From Chloroflexota bacterium (lineage in GTDB: Bacteria > Chloroflexota > Dehalococcoidia > DSTF01 > RBG-16-68-14), in NCBI GenBank assembly GCA_022565155.1, contig JADFKB010000003.1:2801-66800 (forward strand): 64,000 bases of DNA, given 5' to 3'. This document shows, piece after piece, positions 9,365 through 19,080 of the stretch. The notes beneath the pieces are model-generated. The model had not been told where the DNA came from. It was given only the letters and a program-made list of their open reading frames with translations, and searched no databases. The first letter of the stretch is position 1, and every line of letters starts with the position of its first letter. Position numbers and translations under genes: made by a program.

Positions 9365-11143
9365 ATGGTGAAAGAGCTAACGAGCGAAGAGCGGGCGCCG
9401 GCCGTCGGCCTCGATCCGCTTGTAGCGAACGAACTCGACAACTACGAAAAGGAGGCTACCGCCTTCCTCGACGGCGGCGGCCTGGGCGACGACTTCCGCC
9501 CCTTCCGGCTGCAGCAGGGCGTCTACGGCCAGCGCCAGGACGATGCCCAGATGATCCGCATCAAGATCCCGCACGGTTCGATGACGGCCGAGCAGCTCGA
9601 TGCGATCGGCCATGTCGCGGACAAGTACACGCCGCGCAAAGTCGGCCACGTGACGACGCGCCAGGCGATCCAGTTGCACTACGTGCCGCTGAAGAACACG
9701 CCGACGGTGCTGCGCATCCTGGCGGAGGCCGGGCTGACGACGCGCGAGGCGTGCGGCAACACCGTCCGCAACGTCAGCGCCGACCCGACATCCGGCCTCT
9801 GCGAAGACACCGTCTTCGACGTGACGCCGTACGCGGAGGCGACGACGCGCTTCTTCCTGCGCAACCCCATCTGCCAGAAGCTGCCCCGGAAGTTCAAGAT
9901 CGCCTTCTCCGCCTGCCCGCACGACCGCGGCCTGGTGCCGATCCACGACCTGGGAGCGACGGCCGTGATCAAGGACGGCAAGCGCGGCTTCCGCATCACC
10001 GTCGGCGGCGGGCTGGGCGCTTCGCCCTTCATCGCCGAGCTGCTCGACGAGTTCGTGCCTGAACACGAGCTGCTGCGCGTGTCGGAGGCGGTCATCCGCA
10101 TCTTCGACCGGATGGGCAATCGCAAGAATCGCAACAAGGCGCGCATCAAGTTCGTCGTCAAGAATCTCGGCATCGAAGAGTTCCGCCGCGTCGTCAAGGA
10201 AGAGATCGCGGCGCTGCCTCCGGCGGAAGAGCAGGGTTACCTGGACCCGGACTGGTCGTTCCTGGAGGAGGAGGCGTCGCACCCATCGGCGGCCTCTCTC
10301 GGCCAGAACGGCCGCGCCCCGCAGCCCGGCTTCGAGGCCTGGAAGCGCACGAACGCTCTGCCGCAGGCGCAGTCCGGCTTCTTCATGGTCTACGTGCTGC
10401 TGCCGATCGGCGATATGACCGTCGACCAGTTCCACCAGCTCGCCGACATCTCGCGCACGTACGCCGGCGGCAAGATCCGCACGGCTGTGAACCAGAACAT
10501 GGTGCTGCGCTGGGTCCACGAGGAGGATCTGCCCAGCCTGCACGCCGACTTGATCGAGTGTGGTCTGGCTGAGGACGGCGTGCTCACTCTGACCGATGTG
10601 ATGACCTGCCCCGGCACCGACACCTGCAGCCTGGGCGTCACCTCCTCGAAAGGTTTGGGCACGGCGATCCGCGAGCGGCTGGCCGCCTCTAACGGAAACT
10701 ACAAGAGCGATCCGCTGGTGGAGCAGATCAGGATCAAGATCAGCGGCTGCCCCAACTCCTGCGGTCACCACCACGTCGCAGACATCGGCTTCTACGGCAA
10801 CGCCGTTCGCTCCGGCGAGCGGATGGTGCCGGCGTTCTCGATGCTCGTCGCGGGCAAGGCGCAGGGCGAGGACGCCCGCATCGGCAAGCACGTGATGAAG
10901 ATCGCCACCAAGCATATCCCGGAGGCGGTTACGACGCTGATCGACTACTACACGGGCGACCGCAACGACGGCGAGCCGTTCGACGAGTGGGCGCTGCGCG
11001 TCGGCACGCCGGCGATCAAGGAGATCATGGCCGATTTCAAGGACATGCCTGTCTACAACGAAGACCCAATGGCCTTCGTCGATTGGGGCGCGACCAAGCT
11101 GTTCAGCCTGGATGAAATGGGCGAAGGAGAGTGCGCAATCTAG
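9365..11143 (+). CDS. sir: assimilatory sulfite reductase (ferredoxin-type nitrite/sulfite reductase hemoprotein)
   Basis: 592 aa with two NIR/SIR repeats and a siroheme/4Fe-4S Cys cluster (..TCPGTDTCSLG.. and ..SGCPNSCGHH..). It heads a cysH-cysC-sat cluster. Confidence 0.9.
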   Translation: MVKELTSEERAPAVGLDPLVANELDNYEKEATAFLDGGGLGDDFRPFRLQQGVYGQRQDDAQMIRIKIPHGSMTAEQLDAIGHVADKYTPRKVGHVTTRQAIQLHYVPLKNTPTVLRILAEAGLTTREACGNTVRNVSADPTSGLCEDTVFDVTPYAEATTRFFLRNPICQKLPRKFKIAFSACPHDRGLVPIHDLGATAVIKDGKRGFRITVGGGLGASPFIAELLDEFVPEHELLRVSEAVIRIFDRMGNRKNRNKARIKFVVKNLGIEEFRRVVKEEIAALPPAEEQGYLDPDWSFLEEEASHPSAASLGQNGRAPQPGFEAWKRTNALPQAQSGFFMVYVLLPIGDMTVDQFHQLADISRTYAGGKIRTAVNQNMVLRWVHEEDLPSLHADLIECGLAEDGVLTLTDVMTCPGTDTCSLGVTSSKGLGTAIRERLAASNGNYKSDPLVEQIRIKISGCPNSCGHHHVADIGFYGNAVRSGERMVPAFSMLVAGKAQGEDARIGKHVMKIATKHIPEAVTTLIDYYTGDRNDGEPFDEWALRVGTPAIKEIMADFKDMPVYNEDPMAFVDWGATKLFSLDEMGEGECAI

Positions 11144-11230
11144 ACGGACGTGCCGCGCCTAGCGAGATCGTGAATATCGAGAGCCGGGCGAACGCCCGGT
11201 TCTCCGCGAGAGAAGAATGAAAGAGCTGCT

Positions 11231-11980
11231 ATGAATTCGACAACCCCATACACCGCCGAAGAGATCGCGCGCTGGAGCGCGGAGCTGGAAGACCAGTCAC
11301 CGCAGGAGATCCTGCGCTGGTCGGTCGACAGGTTCTTTCCGGACCTCACGGTCGCCTGTAGCTTCGGCGGGCCGTCCGGGATGGTGCTGCTCGATATGAT
11401 CTCCCAGATCGAGCCACGCACGGAGGTCTTCTACCTCGATACCGACTTCCTCTTTCCCGAGACGCTGGAGACCCGCGACAAAGCGATCGAACGCTACGGC
11501 ATCAAGCCGGTCGCGTACAAGAGCGAGCTGACGCCCGAACGCCAGGCGGCGGAGTACGGTGAGGAGCTCTGGCTCAGCAACCCGGACCTCTGCTGCAACC
11601 TCCGGAAGGTAGAGCCGAACGAGCGCGCGCTGGCCGGCAAGCGCGCCTGGATCACCGGCATCCGCCGCGACCAGGGCGCATCCCGCGGCGACGCGCCGGT
11701 CGTCCAGTGGGACGAGAAGTTTGGATTGGTAAAGGTGCTGCCGTTAGTCAGTTGGCTGGAGGCGGACGTCTGGGCCTACATCGTTAAGCACGACGTGCCC
11801 TACAACCCGCTGCACGATCGCAACTATCCCAGCATCGGCTGCACCCACTGCACGCTCGCCGTTAAGAAAGGCGACGACCTGCGTTCCGGACGCTGGCAGG
11901 GCATGGACAAGGTGGAGTGCGGCCTGCACACCGCCGGCGAACCTGTGCCGATCGCGGGCGCCAAGAAGTTGGCGGGATAG
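11231..11980 (+). CDS. cysH: adenylylsulfate (APS)/PAPS reductase, thioredoxin-dependent, Fe-S type
   Basis: PAPS_reduct fold, CC (..[13 protein letters not shown]..) plus CxxC (SIGCTHCT) Fe-S ligands, and the C-terminal catalytic ECGLH. Confidence 0.9.
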   Translation: MNSTTPYTAEEIARWSAELEDQSPQEILRWSVDRFFPDLTVACSFGGPSGMVLLDMISQIEPRTEVFYLDTDFLFPETLETRDKAIERYGIKPVAYKSELTPERQAAEYGEELWLSNPDLCCNLRKVEPNERALAGKRAWITGIRRDQGASRGDAPVVQWDEKFGLVKVLPLVSWLEADVWAYIVKHDVPYNPLHDRNYPSIGCTHCTLAVKKGDDLRSGRWQGMDKVECGLHTAGEPVPIAGAKKLAG

Positions 11981-11991
11981 TCGCCGGTACC

Positions 11992-12582
11992 GTGTACCGC
12001 CCATCAAATTATCAGGACGAAGAAAGAGGGGGAAGAATCAGCGAACGAGGTGTGACGATCTGGTTCACCGGCCTCTCCGGCGCCGGCAAGACGACGATCG
12101 CAGAGAAGCTGGTGCAGGTGCTGCGCGACCGGGGTCGCAAGGTGGAGATTCTGGACGGCGACGTCGTTCGCACGAACCTCAGCAAGGGCCTCGGCTTCAG
12201 CAAGGAAGACCGCGATACCAACATCCGCAGGATCGGCTTCGTCTGCAACCTGCTCGCTCGTAACGGCGTCTTCGCCATCGCCTCGGCGATCTCTCCCTAC
12301 CGCTCGGTGCGCGACGAGATACGGGCGACGCACAGCGACTTCGTCGAGGTCTACATCCGCTGTTCGATCGAGAAGCTGACCGAACGTGATGTGAAGGGCC
12401 TCTACGCGAAGGCGCTGAGCGGCGAGATCAAGAACTTCACCGGCATCTCCGATCCGTACGAAGAGCCGCTCAACCCAGAGGTGCTGCTCGACTCCGAGAC
12501 GGAGACGGAGGAGGAGAGCCTGGCGAAGCTCGTCGCCAGGCTGGAGGAGTTGGGGTACGTAGCGCCCGCTGTAACCGCGTAA
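11992..12582 (+). CDS. cysC: adenylylsulfate kinase
   Basis: ..[21 protein letters not shown].. P-loop and APS kinase body. The track ORF starts at 11917 inside cysH, so I prefer the in-frame GTG at 11992. The start remains uncertain. Confidence 0.88.
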   Translation: MYRPSNYQDEERGGRISERGVTIWFTGLSGAGKTTIAEKLVQVLRDRGRKVEILDGDVVRTNLSKGLGFSKEDRDTNIRRIGFVCNLLARNGVFAIASAISPYRSVRDEIRATHSDFVEVYIRCSIEKLTERDVKGLYAKALSGEIKNFTGISDPYEEPLNPEVLLDSETETEEESLAKLVARLEELGYVAPAVTA

Positions 12583-12782
12583 CAATGAAGCGAGCAATTC
12601 GGTAGCAGATGTAGGGACAGACATTTCCCGCCCCTGGCGGAAGGTCTGCCTGGCCCTTACGCTAGGATGCCCATTGGGATCTGAAGACCCCGGCCTACAA
12701 CATTGATGCGATGAAACGAAGTTGATATGTCCTTTTTCTTAGCGGAATCGACGAGGGAAAAAGGAAAACAGAAGGGACTACG

Positions 12783-13982
12783 ATGACGGAAGCACTGATC
12801 GCGCCCCACGGCGGCAAACTGATCAATCGCGAGGCGGCCGGCGACGAAGCAACCTCGCTACAGGAGAAGGCCAAGTCGCTGCCGCTGCTGCGGCTGACAT
12901 CCCGCGCGCTATCCGACCTGGAGCTGATCGCGAATGGTGGACTGAGTCCGCTGGAAGGCTTCATGACGCAGGCGCAGTACCGCTCGGTGGTAGAGGAGAT
13001 GCACCTGCCGAACGGCGATGTCTGGTCGCTGCCGGTCACCGCCGCCGCGTCGCGGGAAGACGCCGACTCGTACAAAGACGGCCAGCAGATCGCGCTCGCT
13101 GGCGAGTCGGGCGAGCCGCTCGCTCTGCTCGACTTGGAGGAGCGGTTCGATTACGACAAGCAGGCGGAGGCGGAGCAGGTCTATCGCACGACGGAAGACG
13201 CCCATCCTGGCGTCGCCGCTCTGTACGCCCAGGGCGAAGTCTTGCTGGGCGGCAAGGTGACGGTGTTTCGCCAGCCCTCTGAGGCCTTTGCCGAGTACCG
13301 GCTGACGCCTGCCCAGACCCGCGCCGCCTTCACCGAGCGCGGCTGGAGCACCGTCGTTGGTTTCCAGACACGCAACCCCGTGCATCGGGCGCACGAGTAC
13401 ATCCAGAAGACCGCGATGGAGATCGTCGACGGGCTGCTGCTCCATCCGCTCGTCGGCGATACGAAGGAAGGCGATATTCCGCCGGACGTGCGCATGAAGT
13501 GCTACCAGGTGCTGCTGGACGGCTACTACCCGAGCGACCGCGTGCTGCTCTCGGTGTTGCCGGCGGCGATGCGCTACGCCGGCCCGCGCGAGGCGATCTT
13601 CCACGCGCTGGTGCGCAAGAACTACGGCTGCTCCCACTTCATCGTCGGGCGCGACCACGCCGGCGTCGGCTCCTACTACGGCACCTACGACGCCCAGAAG
13701 ATCTTCGAGGAGTTCACTCCGGAGGAGCTGGGCATGACGCCCTTGTTCTTCGAGCACAGCTTTTTCTGCCGCTCATGCCAAGGGATGGCGAGCAGCAAGA
13801 CCTGTCCCCACGACGCCGATCAGCGCGTCTTCCTCTCCGGCACGAAGGTGCGCGAAATGCTCGCCGCCGGCGAGGCGCCGCCGCCGGAGTTCAGCCGCCC
13901 GGAAGTCGCGCAGGTGCTGATCGATTCGATGCGCGGCAACGAGGTGAAAGCGCCCGCCGGAGGGAGCGGTGGCGGCGCCTAG
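12783..13982 (+). CDS. sat: sulfate adenylyltransferase (ATP sulfurylase)
   Basis: QTRNPVHRAHEYI, HPLVGDTKEGDIP and GRDHAGVG motifs. Confidence 0.95.
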   Translation: MTEALIAPHGGKLINREAAGDEATSLQEKAKSLPLLRLTSRALSDLELIANGGLSPLEGFMTQAQYRSVVEEMHLPNGDVWSLPVTAAASREDADSYKDGQQIALAGESGEPLALLDLEERFDYDKQAEAEQVYRTTEDAHPGVAALYAQGEVLLGGKVTVFRQPSEAFAEYRLTPAQTRAAFTERGWSTVVGFQTRNPVHRAHEYIQKTAMEIVDGLLLHPLVGDTKEGDIPPDVRMKCYQVLLDGYYPSDRVLLSVLPAAMRYAGPREAIFHALVRKNYGCSHFIVGRDHAGVGSYYGTYDAQKIFEEFTPEELGMTPLFFEHSFFCRSCQGMASSKTCPHDADQRVFLSGTKVREMLAAGEAPPPEFSRPEVAQVLIDSMRGNEVKAPAGGSGGGA

Positions 13983-15108
13983 GACATCGCAGCAGGCCCT
14001 ATCCACGGCCGCGGAGCGGGCGGCGCAGTCCGCCGGTGGTGTGAAACTGGGGCTGGCGCCACGCTCTCTTACTCTCGCGGCTCTGCGGCGCGTGCCGTAT
14101 GTGTTGGCTGCGCTGGCGCTCTTCGTGCTGGCGCTGGAGCTGCTGACGGCGGGCGCGTCCGGCGCGCAATCGCTGCTCTCGAATCTCTCCGCGGACGGCC
14201 CGCTCAACCTCTTCGGCTTCGGCTGGCTGGGCGCGTACGTGATGCTCAGCGGCTCGCCTGTCGCCGCCACCTCCCTCAGCCTCTTCAGCGGCGGCGCCAT
14301 CTCCGAGTTGGAGAGCTTCGCAATGATCACCGGCTCTCGCTTCGGCGCCTCCTTCATGGTGCTCCTGGTCGGCTTCGTCTACTACCTACGCCACCAGCGG
14401 AATCCGGACGGGCTCTACATCGGCGTCGTCGCGCTGCTCACGACGTTCACGATCTACACGCCGTCGCTCATCGTCGGCTTGGTCGCCCTGGACCAGGGTT
14501 GGTTCGACGGCGTCAGCGCCGGTGCGCCACCGGGGATCGCGACGATTACGCAGGATAGCGTCGGCGCTCTCGTCGATCGCGCTGACGATCTCTTGCCGTC
14601 GCTGCTGCTATTCGGCGCTGGGGCGGGCGTCCTGCTGGTCAGCTTCCAGCTCTTCGATAAGGCGCTGCCCAATCTCAGCCCGCCCAGCCCGCGACTGGAG
14701 CGCGTGCTGGCCTTCTTCCACCGGCCGATGATGATGTTCCTCATGGGCGGCCTGGTAACGCTGGCGACGCTCTCCGTATCGATCTCGCTGACGTTGCTCG
14801 TGCCGCTCTCGATGAAGGGCGTGATCCGCCGGCAGAGCATCGTCCCGTACGTGATGGGGGCGAACATCACGACGTTCATCGATACCCTCTTCGCCGCAGT
14901 GCTGCTCGATACGCCGCTGGCGGTGACGGTGGTGGTGACGCAGATGGTGCTGACGGCGGCGGTGTCGCTCGTCGTGCTCGCGCTGCTCTTCCGGCCGTAT
15001 CAGCGGGCGGTGCTGGGCGCGGCGCACTACCTGACGGCTAACCGTCGCAGCTTCATGGCTTTTCTGGCGGCGATCTTCGCCGTACCGGCGCTGCTGCTGG
15101 CCGTGTAA
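13969..15108 (+). CDS. polytopic membrane protein of the Na/Pi-cotransporter (NptA, PF02690-like) family; candidate anion (sulfate?) transporter
   Basis: Two internal repeats resemble the Na/Pi cotransporter signature (ITGSRFGASFMVLLVG; VMGANITTFIDTLFAAVLL). The start is uncertain (ATG 13969 or GTG 14041). Confidence 0.6.
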   Translation: MAAPRTSQQALSTAAERAAQSAGGVKLGLAPRSLTLAALRRVPYVLAALALFVLALELLTAGASGAQSLLSNLSADGPLNLFGFGWLGAYVMLSGSPVAATSLSLFSGGAISELESFAMITGSRFGASFMVLLVGFVYYLRHQRNPDGLYIGVVALLTTFTIYTPSLIVGLVALDQGWFDGVSAGAPPGIATITQDSVGALVDRADDLLPSLLLFGAGAGVLLVSFQLFDKALPNLSPPSPRLERVLAFFHRPMMMFLMGGLVTLATLSVSISLTLLVPLSMKGVIRRQSIVPYVMGANITTFIDTLFAAVLLDTPLAVTVVVTQMVLTAAVSLVVLALLFRPYQRAVLGAAHYLTANRRSFMAFLAAIFAVPALLLAV

Positions 15109-15120
15109 TGTGGTGACACT

Positions 15121-15143
15121 GCGCTGCTGGCGAAGAGCAGCGC
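15121..15143 (+). terminator. GC-rich hairpin after the transporter gene
   Basis: GCGCTGCT-ggcgaag-AGCAGCGC (8-bp stem) 13 nt after the stop, with no clear U-tract. Confidence 0.4.
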
Positions 15144-15202
15144 GATTATGCTAGACTGAATTGTTGACGATTCCGGTACACTTTTGAGCGAATAGAGCGA
15201 CG

Positions 15203-15643
15203 ATGAAGGTATCTACGAAGGGCGATTACGGCGTACGAGCGCTCGTTGAGCTGGCCCACCACTACGGTGAGGGGCCGGTGCAGAGCGCCCTTATCGCCTC
15301 CCGGCAGGAAGTGCCGGAGCCGTATCTAGATCAGCTTCTGACAACCCTGCGCCGCGCGGGCTTCATTCGCAGCGTGCGCGGCCCTCAGGGCGGCCACGCG
15401 CTGATCCGCGAGCCGGACGATGTGAAGCTGAGCGACGTGATGGAGGCGCTGGAAGGCTCGCTGGCGCCGATCGCTTGTGTCGACGATCCCGAATCGTGTA
15501 CCAAGTCGGGGGGCTGCGTGCAGCGCGATGTCTGGGAACAGGTACGCGACGCGACGCGGGCGATACTGGAGAACGTAACGATCGGTGACCTAGCTGAGAA
15601 GGAGCGCGAGTTCAATCGCAATGGTGGACGCTACTACATCTGA
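15203..15643 (+). CDS. Rrf2 family transcriptional regulator (CymR/IscR-like)
   Basis: MKVSTKGDYGVRALVELA.. winged-helix N-terminus, placed directly upstream of cysK. Confidence 0.85.
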   Translation: MKVSTKGDYGVRALVELAHHYGEGPVQSALIASRQEVPEPYLDQLLTTLRRAGFIRSVRGPQGGHALIREPDDVKLSDVMEALEGSLAPIACVDDPESCTKSGGCVQRDVWEQVRDATRAILENVTIGDLAEKEREFNRNGGRYYI

Positions 15644-16586
15644 GCAACGCAGGCTGAAGGCTTCTGTCAAAGCCGGCGAGGAGATCGCCGACAGCGTGCT
15701 GGATGTCATCGGCAACACGCCGTTAGTGCGGCTGCACCGCGTCGTGCCGGAGGGCGCGGCGGAGGTGTTGGGGAAGCTGGAATCGCTTAACCCGGGCGGC
15801 AGCGTCAAAGACCGCATCGCTCTGAGCATGATCGAGGAGGCGGAGGCGAGCGGCGAGCTAAAGCCGGGCGCCACCATCGTCGAGCCGACGAGCGGCAATA
15901 CCGGCATCGGCCTTGCGATGGCGGCGGCGGTGAAAGGCTACCGGCTGATCCTGACGATGCCGGAAGACATGAGCATGGAGCGGCGCAAGCTGCTCGCCCG
16001 CTTCGGCGCGGAGCTGGTGCTGACGCCGGCGATCGAGGGGATGTCCGGCGCGGTCTACGCCGCGCAGGAGTTGGTCGATAACCACGGCTACTTTATGCCG
16101 CAGCAGTTCAACAACCTAGCCAACCCGGAGATTCACCGCCGGACGACGGGGCCGGAGATTCTCAAAGCAACAGAAGGCCGCATCGATGCCTTCGTCGCCG
16201 GCGTCGGCACGGGCGGCAGCATCACCGGCATTGGCGAAGTGCTGAAGCAGCACGACCCCAGCATCCTCGTCGTCGCCGTCGAGCCTGCCGCATCGCCGGT
16301 GCTGGCGGGGGGCAAGGCCGGCCTGACGGGCATCCAGGGCATCGGCGCCAGCTTCGTCCCCAGCGTCCTCAACAACGATATCTACGACGAGCTGATCGCC
16401 GTCACGGACGATGATGCCTATGCGATGACGCTGCGGCTGACAAGGGAAGAGGGGTTGCTCGTCGGCGTCTCGGCGGGCGCGAACGTCTTCGCGACGCTCC
16501 AGGTCGCGCAGAAGCTCGGGTCCGGCAAGCGTGTCGTCACGATGCTGCCGGACACCGGCGAGCGCTATCTGAGCGTCAATCTGTAG
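15621..16586 (+). CDS. cysK: cysteine synthase A (O-acetylserine sulfhydrylase)
   Basis: IGNTPLVRLHRV.., ESLNPGGSVKDR (PLP Lys) and GTGGSITG. Confidence 0.9.
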   Translation: MVDATTSEQRRLKASVKAGEEIADSVLDVIGNTPLVRLHRVVPEGAAEVLGKLESLNPGGSVKDRIALSMIEEAEASGELKPGATIVEPTSGNTGIGLAMAAAVKGYRLILTMPEDMSMERRKLLARFGAELVLTPAIEGMSGAVYAAQELVDNHGYFMPQQFNNLANPEIHRRTTGPEILKATEGRIDAFVAGVGTGGSITGIGEVLKQHDPSILVVAVEPAASPVLAGGKAGLTGIQGIGASFVPSVLNNDIYDELIAVTDDDAYAMTLRLTREEGLLVGVSAGANVFATLQVAQKLGSGKRVVTMLPDTGERYLSVNL

Positions 16587-16680
16587 TAGGAAACGCTGTA
16601 CGTAGACGCGGGCGGCGAGTTGCGACGAACACATCAGAAGGATAAAGATGAACCCAACACATGGAGCGGAGGACGAAGCG

Positions 16681-17832
16681 ATGAAGGTGACGGTCTATAT
16701 CCCCACGCCGTTCAGGAGAATGACCGGCAATCGAGCGAGCGTGGAGGTCGCAGGCGCTACGATCGCCGAGGTGCTCGACAACCTCGACCGCGAGTTTCCG
16801 GGCGTGCACGACCTAATCTACAGTTCGCAGCACGAGATACCAGCGCACATCAACATCTACGTCAACAACCACGAGATCACGAGCCTGAACGGCGACAAGA
16901 CGGCGCTGAGGGCGGGTGATCAGGTGGCGATCATCCCGGCTATCGCCGGCGGCTCGAGCGACGGTGGCAGTGGCAATAACGTCTCGGCGGCCGAGGGCGG
17001 CGCGCTGACGCCGGAGCAAGTGACTCGGTACTCGCGCCACATCATCATGCCACAGGTCGGCAGCACTGGACAGCGAAAGATCATCGGCTCTAAAGTGGTG
17101 ATCATCGGCGCTGGCGGGCTCGGGTCGCCTGTGGCGCTCTACCTGGCGCTGGCCGGCGTCGGCACGCTCGGTATCGTCGACTTCGACGTCGTCGATCTGA
17201 CCAACCTCCAGCGCCAGATACTGCACCACAACGATGACATCGGCCGCTCGAAGGTGCAGTCGGCGAAGGAGACGCTCCAGAGCTACAACCCGGACGTCAA
17301 CGTCGTCACGCACGAAGCGCCGCTCACCTCCGACAACGCGATAGAGATCATCTCGCAGTACGACATCGTCGTCAACGGCGCCGACAACTTCCCCGCGCGC
17401 TATCTCGTCAACGACGCCTGCGTCTTCCTGAAGAAGCCGCTCGTCGATGGCAGCATCCTCCTCTTCGAGGGCCAGGCGACGGTCTACCTGCCGGGCAAGG
17501 GCTGCTATCGCTGCCTCTTCCCCGCGCCGCCGCCGCCGGGCCTGGTGCCGAGCTGCGCGGAGGCGGGCGTGCTGGGCGCACTCTGCGGCCTCGTCGGCTC
17601 GATTCAGGCGTCCGAGACGCTGAAGCTGATCCTCGGCATCGGCGATTCGCTCAGCGGCCGGCTGCTGATCGTCGACGCGCTCGGGATGGACATGCGAACG
17701 CTGAAGATCCGCCGCGACCCGAAGTGCGTCGTCTGCGGCGAGGCGCCGACTATCACGGAGCTCATCGACTACGAGGCGTTCTGCGGAGGCGCATCGACAG
17801 GCGCTAACGCGGCCGCCCAGGTGGAAGCATAG
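16681..17832 (+). CDS. fusion of a ThiS/MoaD/CysO-like ubiquitin-fold sulfur carrier (91 aa ending AIAGG) to a MoeB/MoeZ/ThiF-type E1 adenylyltransferase; no rhodanese domain
   Basis: Residues 1-91 are MKVTVYIP..INIYVNNHEI..GDQVAIIPAIAGG, followed by a Gly/Ser linker. The E1 part has RYSRHIIMPQVG..KVVIIGAGGLGSPVALYLALAGVGTLGIVDFDVVD and Zn Cys pairs (CYRC, CVVC). I prefer the ATG at 16681 (SD GGAGCGGAGGA) to the track start 16648. Confidence 0.85.
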   Translation: MKVTVYIPTPFRRMTGNRASVEVAGATIAEVLDNLDREFPGVHDLIYSSQHEIPAHINIYVNNHEITSLNGDKTALRAGDQVAIIPAIAGGSSDGGSGNNVSAAEGGALTPEQVTRYSRHIIMPQVGSTGQRKIIGSKVVIIGAGGLGSPVALYLALAGVGTLGIVDFDVVDLTNLQRQILHHNDDIGRSKVQSAKETLQSYNPDVNVVTHEAPLTSDNAIEIISQYDIVVNGADNFPARYLVNDACVFLKKPLVDGSILLFEGQATVYLPGKGCYRCLFPAPPPPGLVPSCAEAGVLGALCGLVGSIQASETLKLILGIGDSLSGRLLIVDALGMDMRTLKIRRDPKCVVCGEAPTITELIDYEAFCGGASTGANAAAQVEA

Positions 17833-17840
17833 GAGCAACG

Positions 17841-18116
17841 ATGTCAGTAGAAGTACGAGTCACCTCGACGCTGCGTACGCTCGTCGGCGCAAAATCGGTA
17901 AACGGAGACGGCGGTACCGTCGGCGCGTTGCTGGCGGACCTGGACGCCCGCTACCCGGGCTTCAAGGCCCAGATTAGCGGCGACGACGGCGAGCTGCACC
18001 GGTTTGTCAACGTCTATGTGAACGACGAGGACATCCGCTACCTCCAGGCGCTCGATACGCCGGTGGGCGAAAACGATGTCGTGTCGATTCTCCCCGCCCT
18101 CGCCGGCGGTCGCTGA
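17841..18116 (+). CDS. cysO: CysO/MoaD/ThiS family sulfur carrier protein with a one-residue extension after the di-glycine (..ALAGGR)
   Basis: 91 aa with a beta-grasp pattern (FVNVYVNDEDI..NDVVSILPALAGG-R), directly upstream of cysM. Confidence 0.85.
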   Translation: MSVEVRVTSTLRTLVGAKSVNGDGGTVGALLADLDARYPGFKAQISGDDGELHRFVNVYVNDEDIRYLQALDTPVGENDVVSILPALAGGR

Positions 18117-18127
18117 CCTGCACCAAC

Positions 18128-19063
18128 GTGCTGTACCCCAACATCATCGAGGCGATCGGTAACACGCCGCTGGTCGAGCTCCAACGGCTCAGCCCCTCCA
18201 AAGACGTGCGCTTCTTCGCCAAGCTGGAGGGCCAAAACCCCACCGGCTCCGTCAAGGATCGCATTGCCAAGTACATGATCGAAGCGGCAGAGCGCTCCGG
18301 CGAGCTGACGCCCGACCGCACCGTCCTGGAGCCGACGAGCGGCAACACCGGCATCTCCCTGGCGATGATCTGCCAACTGAAGGGATACAAGCTTAAGGTC
18401 GTCATGCCGGAGAGCGTCAGCGAGGAGCGCACGCAGCTCCTGAAGGCGTTCGGCGCGGAGATCGTCTACTCGGACGGGCTGAAAGGCACGAACGGTTCGA
18501 TCGTCGTAGCGCAGGAGATGGCGGCGCAGGAACCGAACTACTTCATGCCTTACCAGTACGGCAACGAGGCCAACCCGCGCGCCCACTACGAGACCACCGG
18601 CCCGGAGATCCTGCGCGACCTGCCGGAGACGGACGTCTTCATCGCCGGGCTGGGCACCGGCGGCTCGCTCACCGGCGTCGGCCACTATCTCAAGGAACAG
18701 CGGCCCGGTGTGAAGATCGTCGCCTGCGTGCCGCACCCCGGCGACCTGGTGCAGGGGCTGCGCAGTCTGGACGAAGGCTTCATCCCGCCGGTGCTAGACG
18801 AATCGGTGCTGGACGGCAAGATCGTCGTCGATTCTCCGACATCCTTCGCGGCGACCAAGGAGTTGACGCAGCAGGAGGGCATCTTCGCCGGCATCTCGTC
18901 CGGCGCGGTGCTGCGCACAGCACAGCGCGTCGCGGAGCGGCTCGACCACGGCAACGTAGTGCTGCTGCTGGCGGACGGCGGCTGGAAGTACCTCTCCACC
19001 GAGCTCTGGAGCAAGGACTACGACGACATCGCGGAAGAGATCGAGGGCAAGGTCTGGTGGTAG
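18128..19063 (+). CDS. cysM: cysteine synthase B-type, CysO-thiocarboxylate-dependent (O-phosphoserine sulfhydrylase-like)
   Basis: IGNTPLVELQRL.., EGQNPTGSVKDR and GTGGSLTG. The context is cysO-cysM-mec, as in Mycobacterium tuberculosis. Confidence 0.88.
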   Translation: MLYPNIIEAIGNTPLVELQRLSPSKDVRFFAKLEGQNPTGSVKDRIAKYMIEAAERSGELTPDRTVLEPTSGNTGISLAMICQLKGYKLKVVMPESVSEERTQLLKAFGAEIVYSDGLKGTNGSIVVAQEMAAQEPNYFMPYQYGNEANPRAHYETTGPEILRDLPETDVFIAGLGTGGSLTGVGHYLKEQRPGVKIVACVPHPGDLVQGLRSLDEGFIPPVLDESVLDGKIVVDSPTSFAATKELTQQEGIFAGISSGAVLRTAQRVAERLDHGNVVLLLADGGWKYLSTELWSKDYDDIAEEIEGKVWW

Positions 19064-19080
19064 TGGGCGTTGACAACCCG

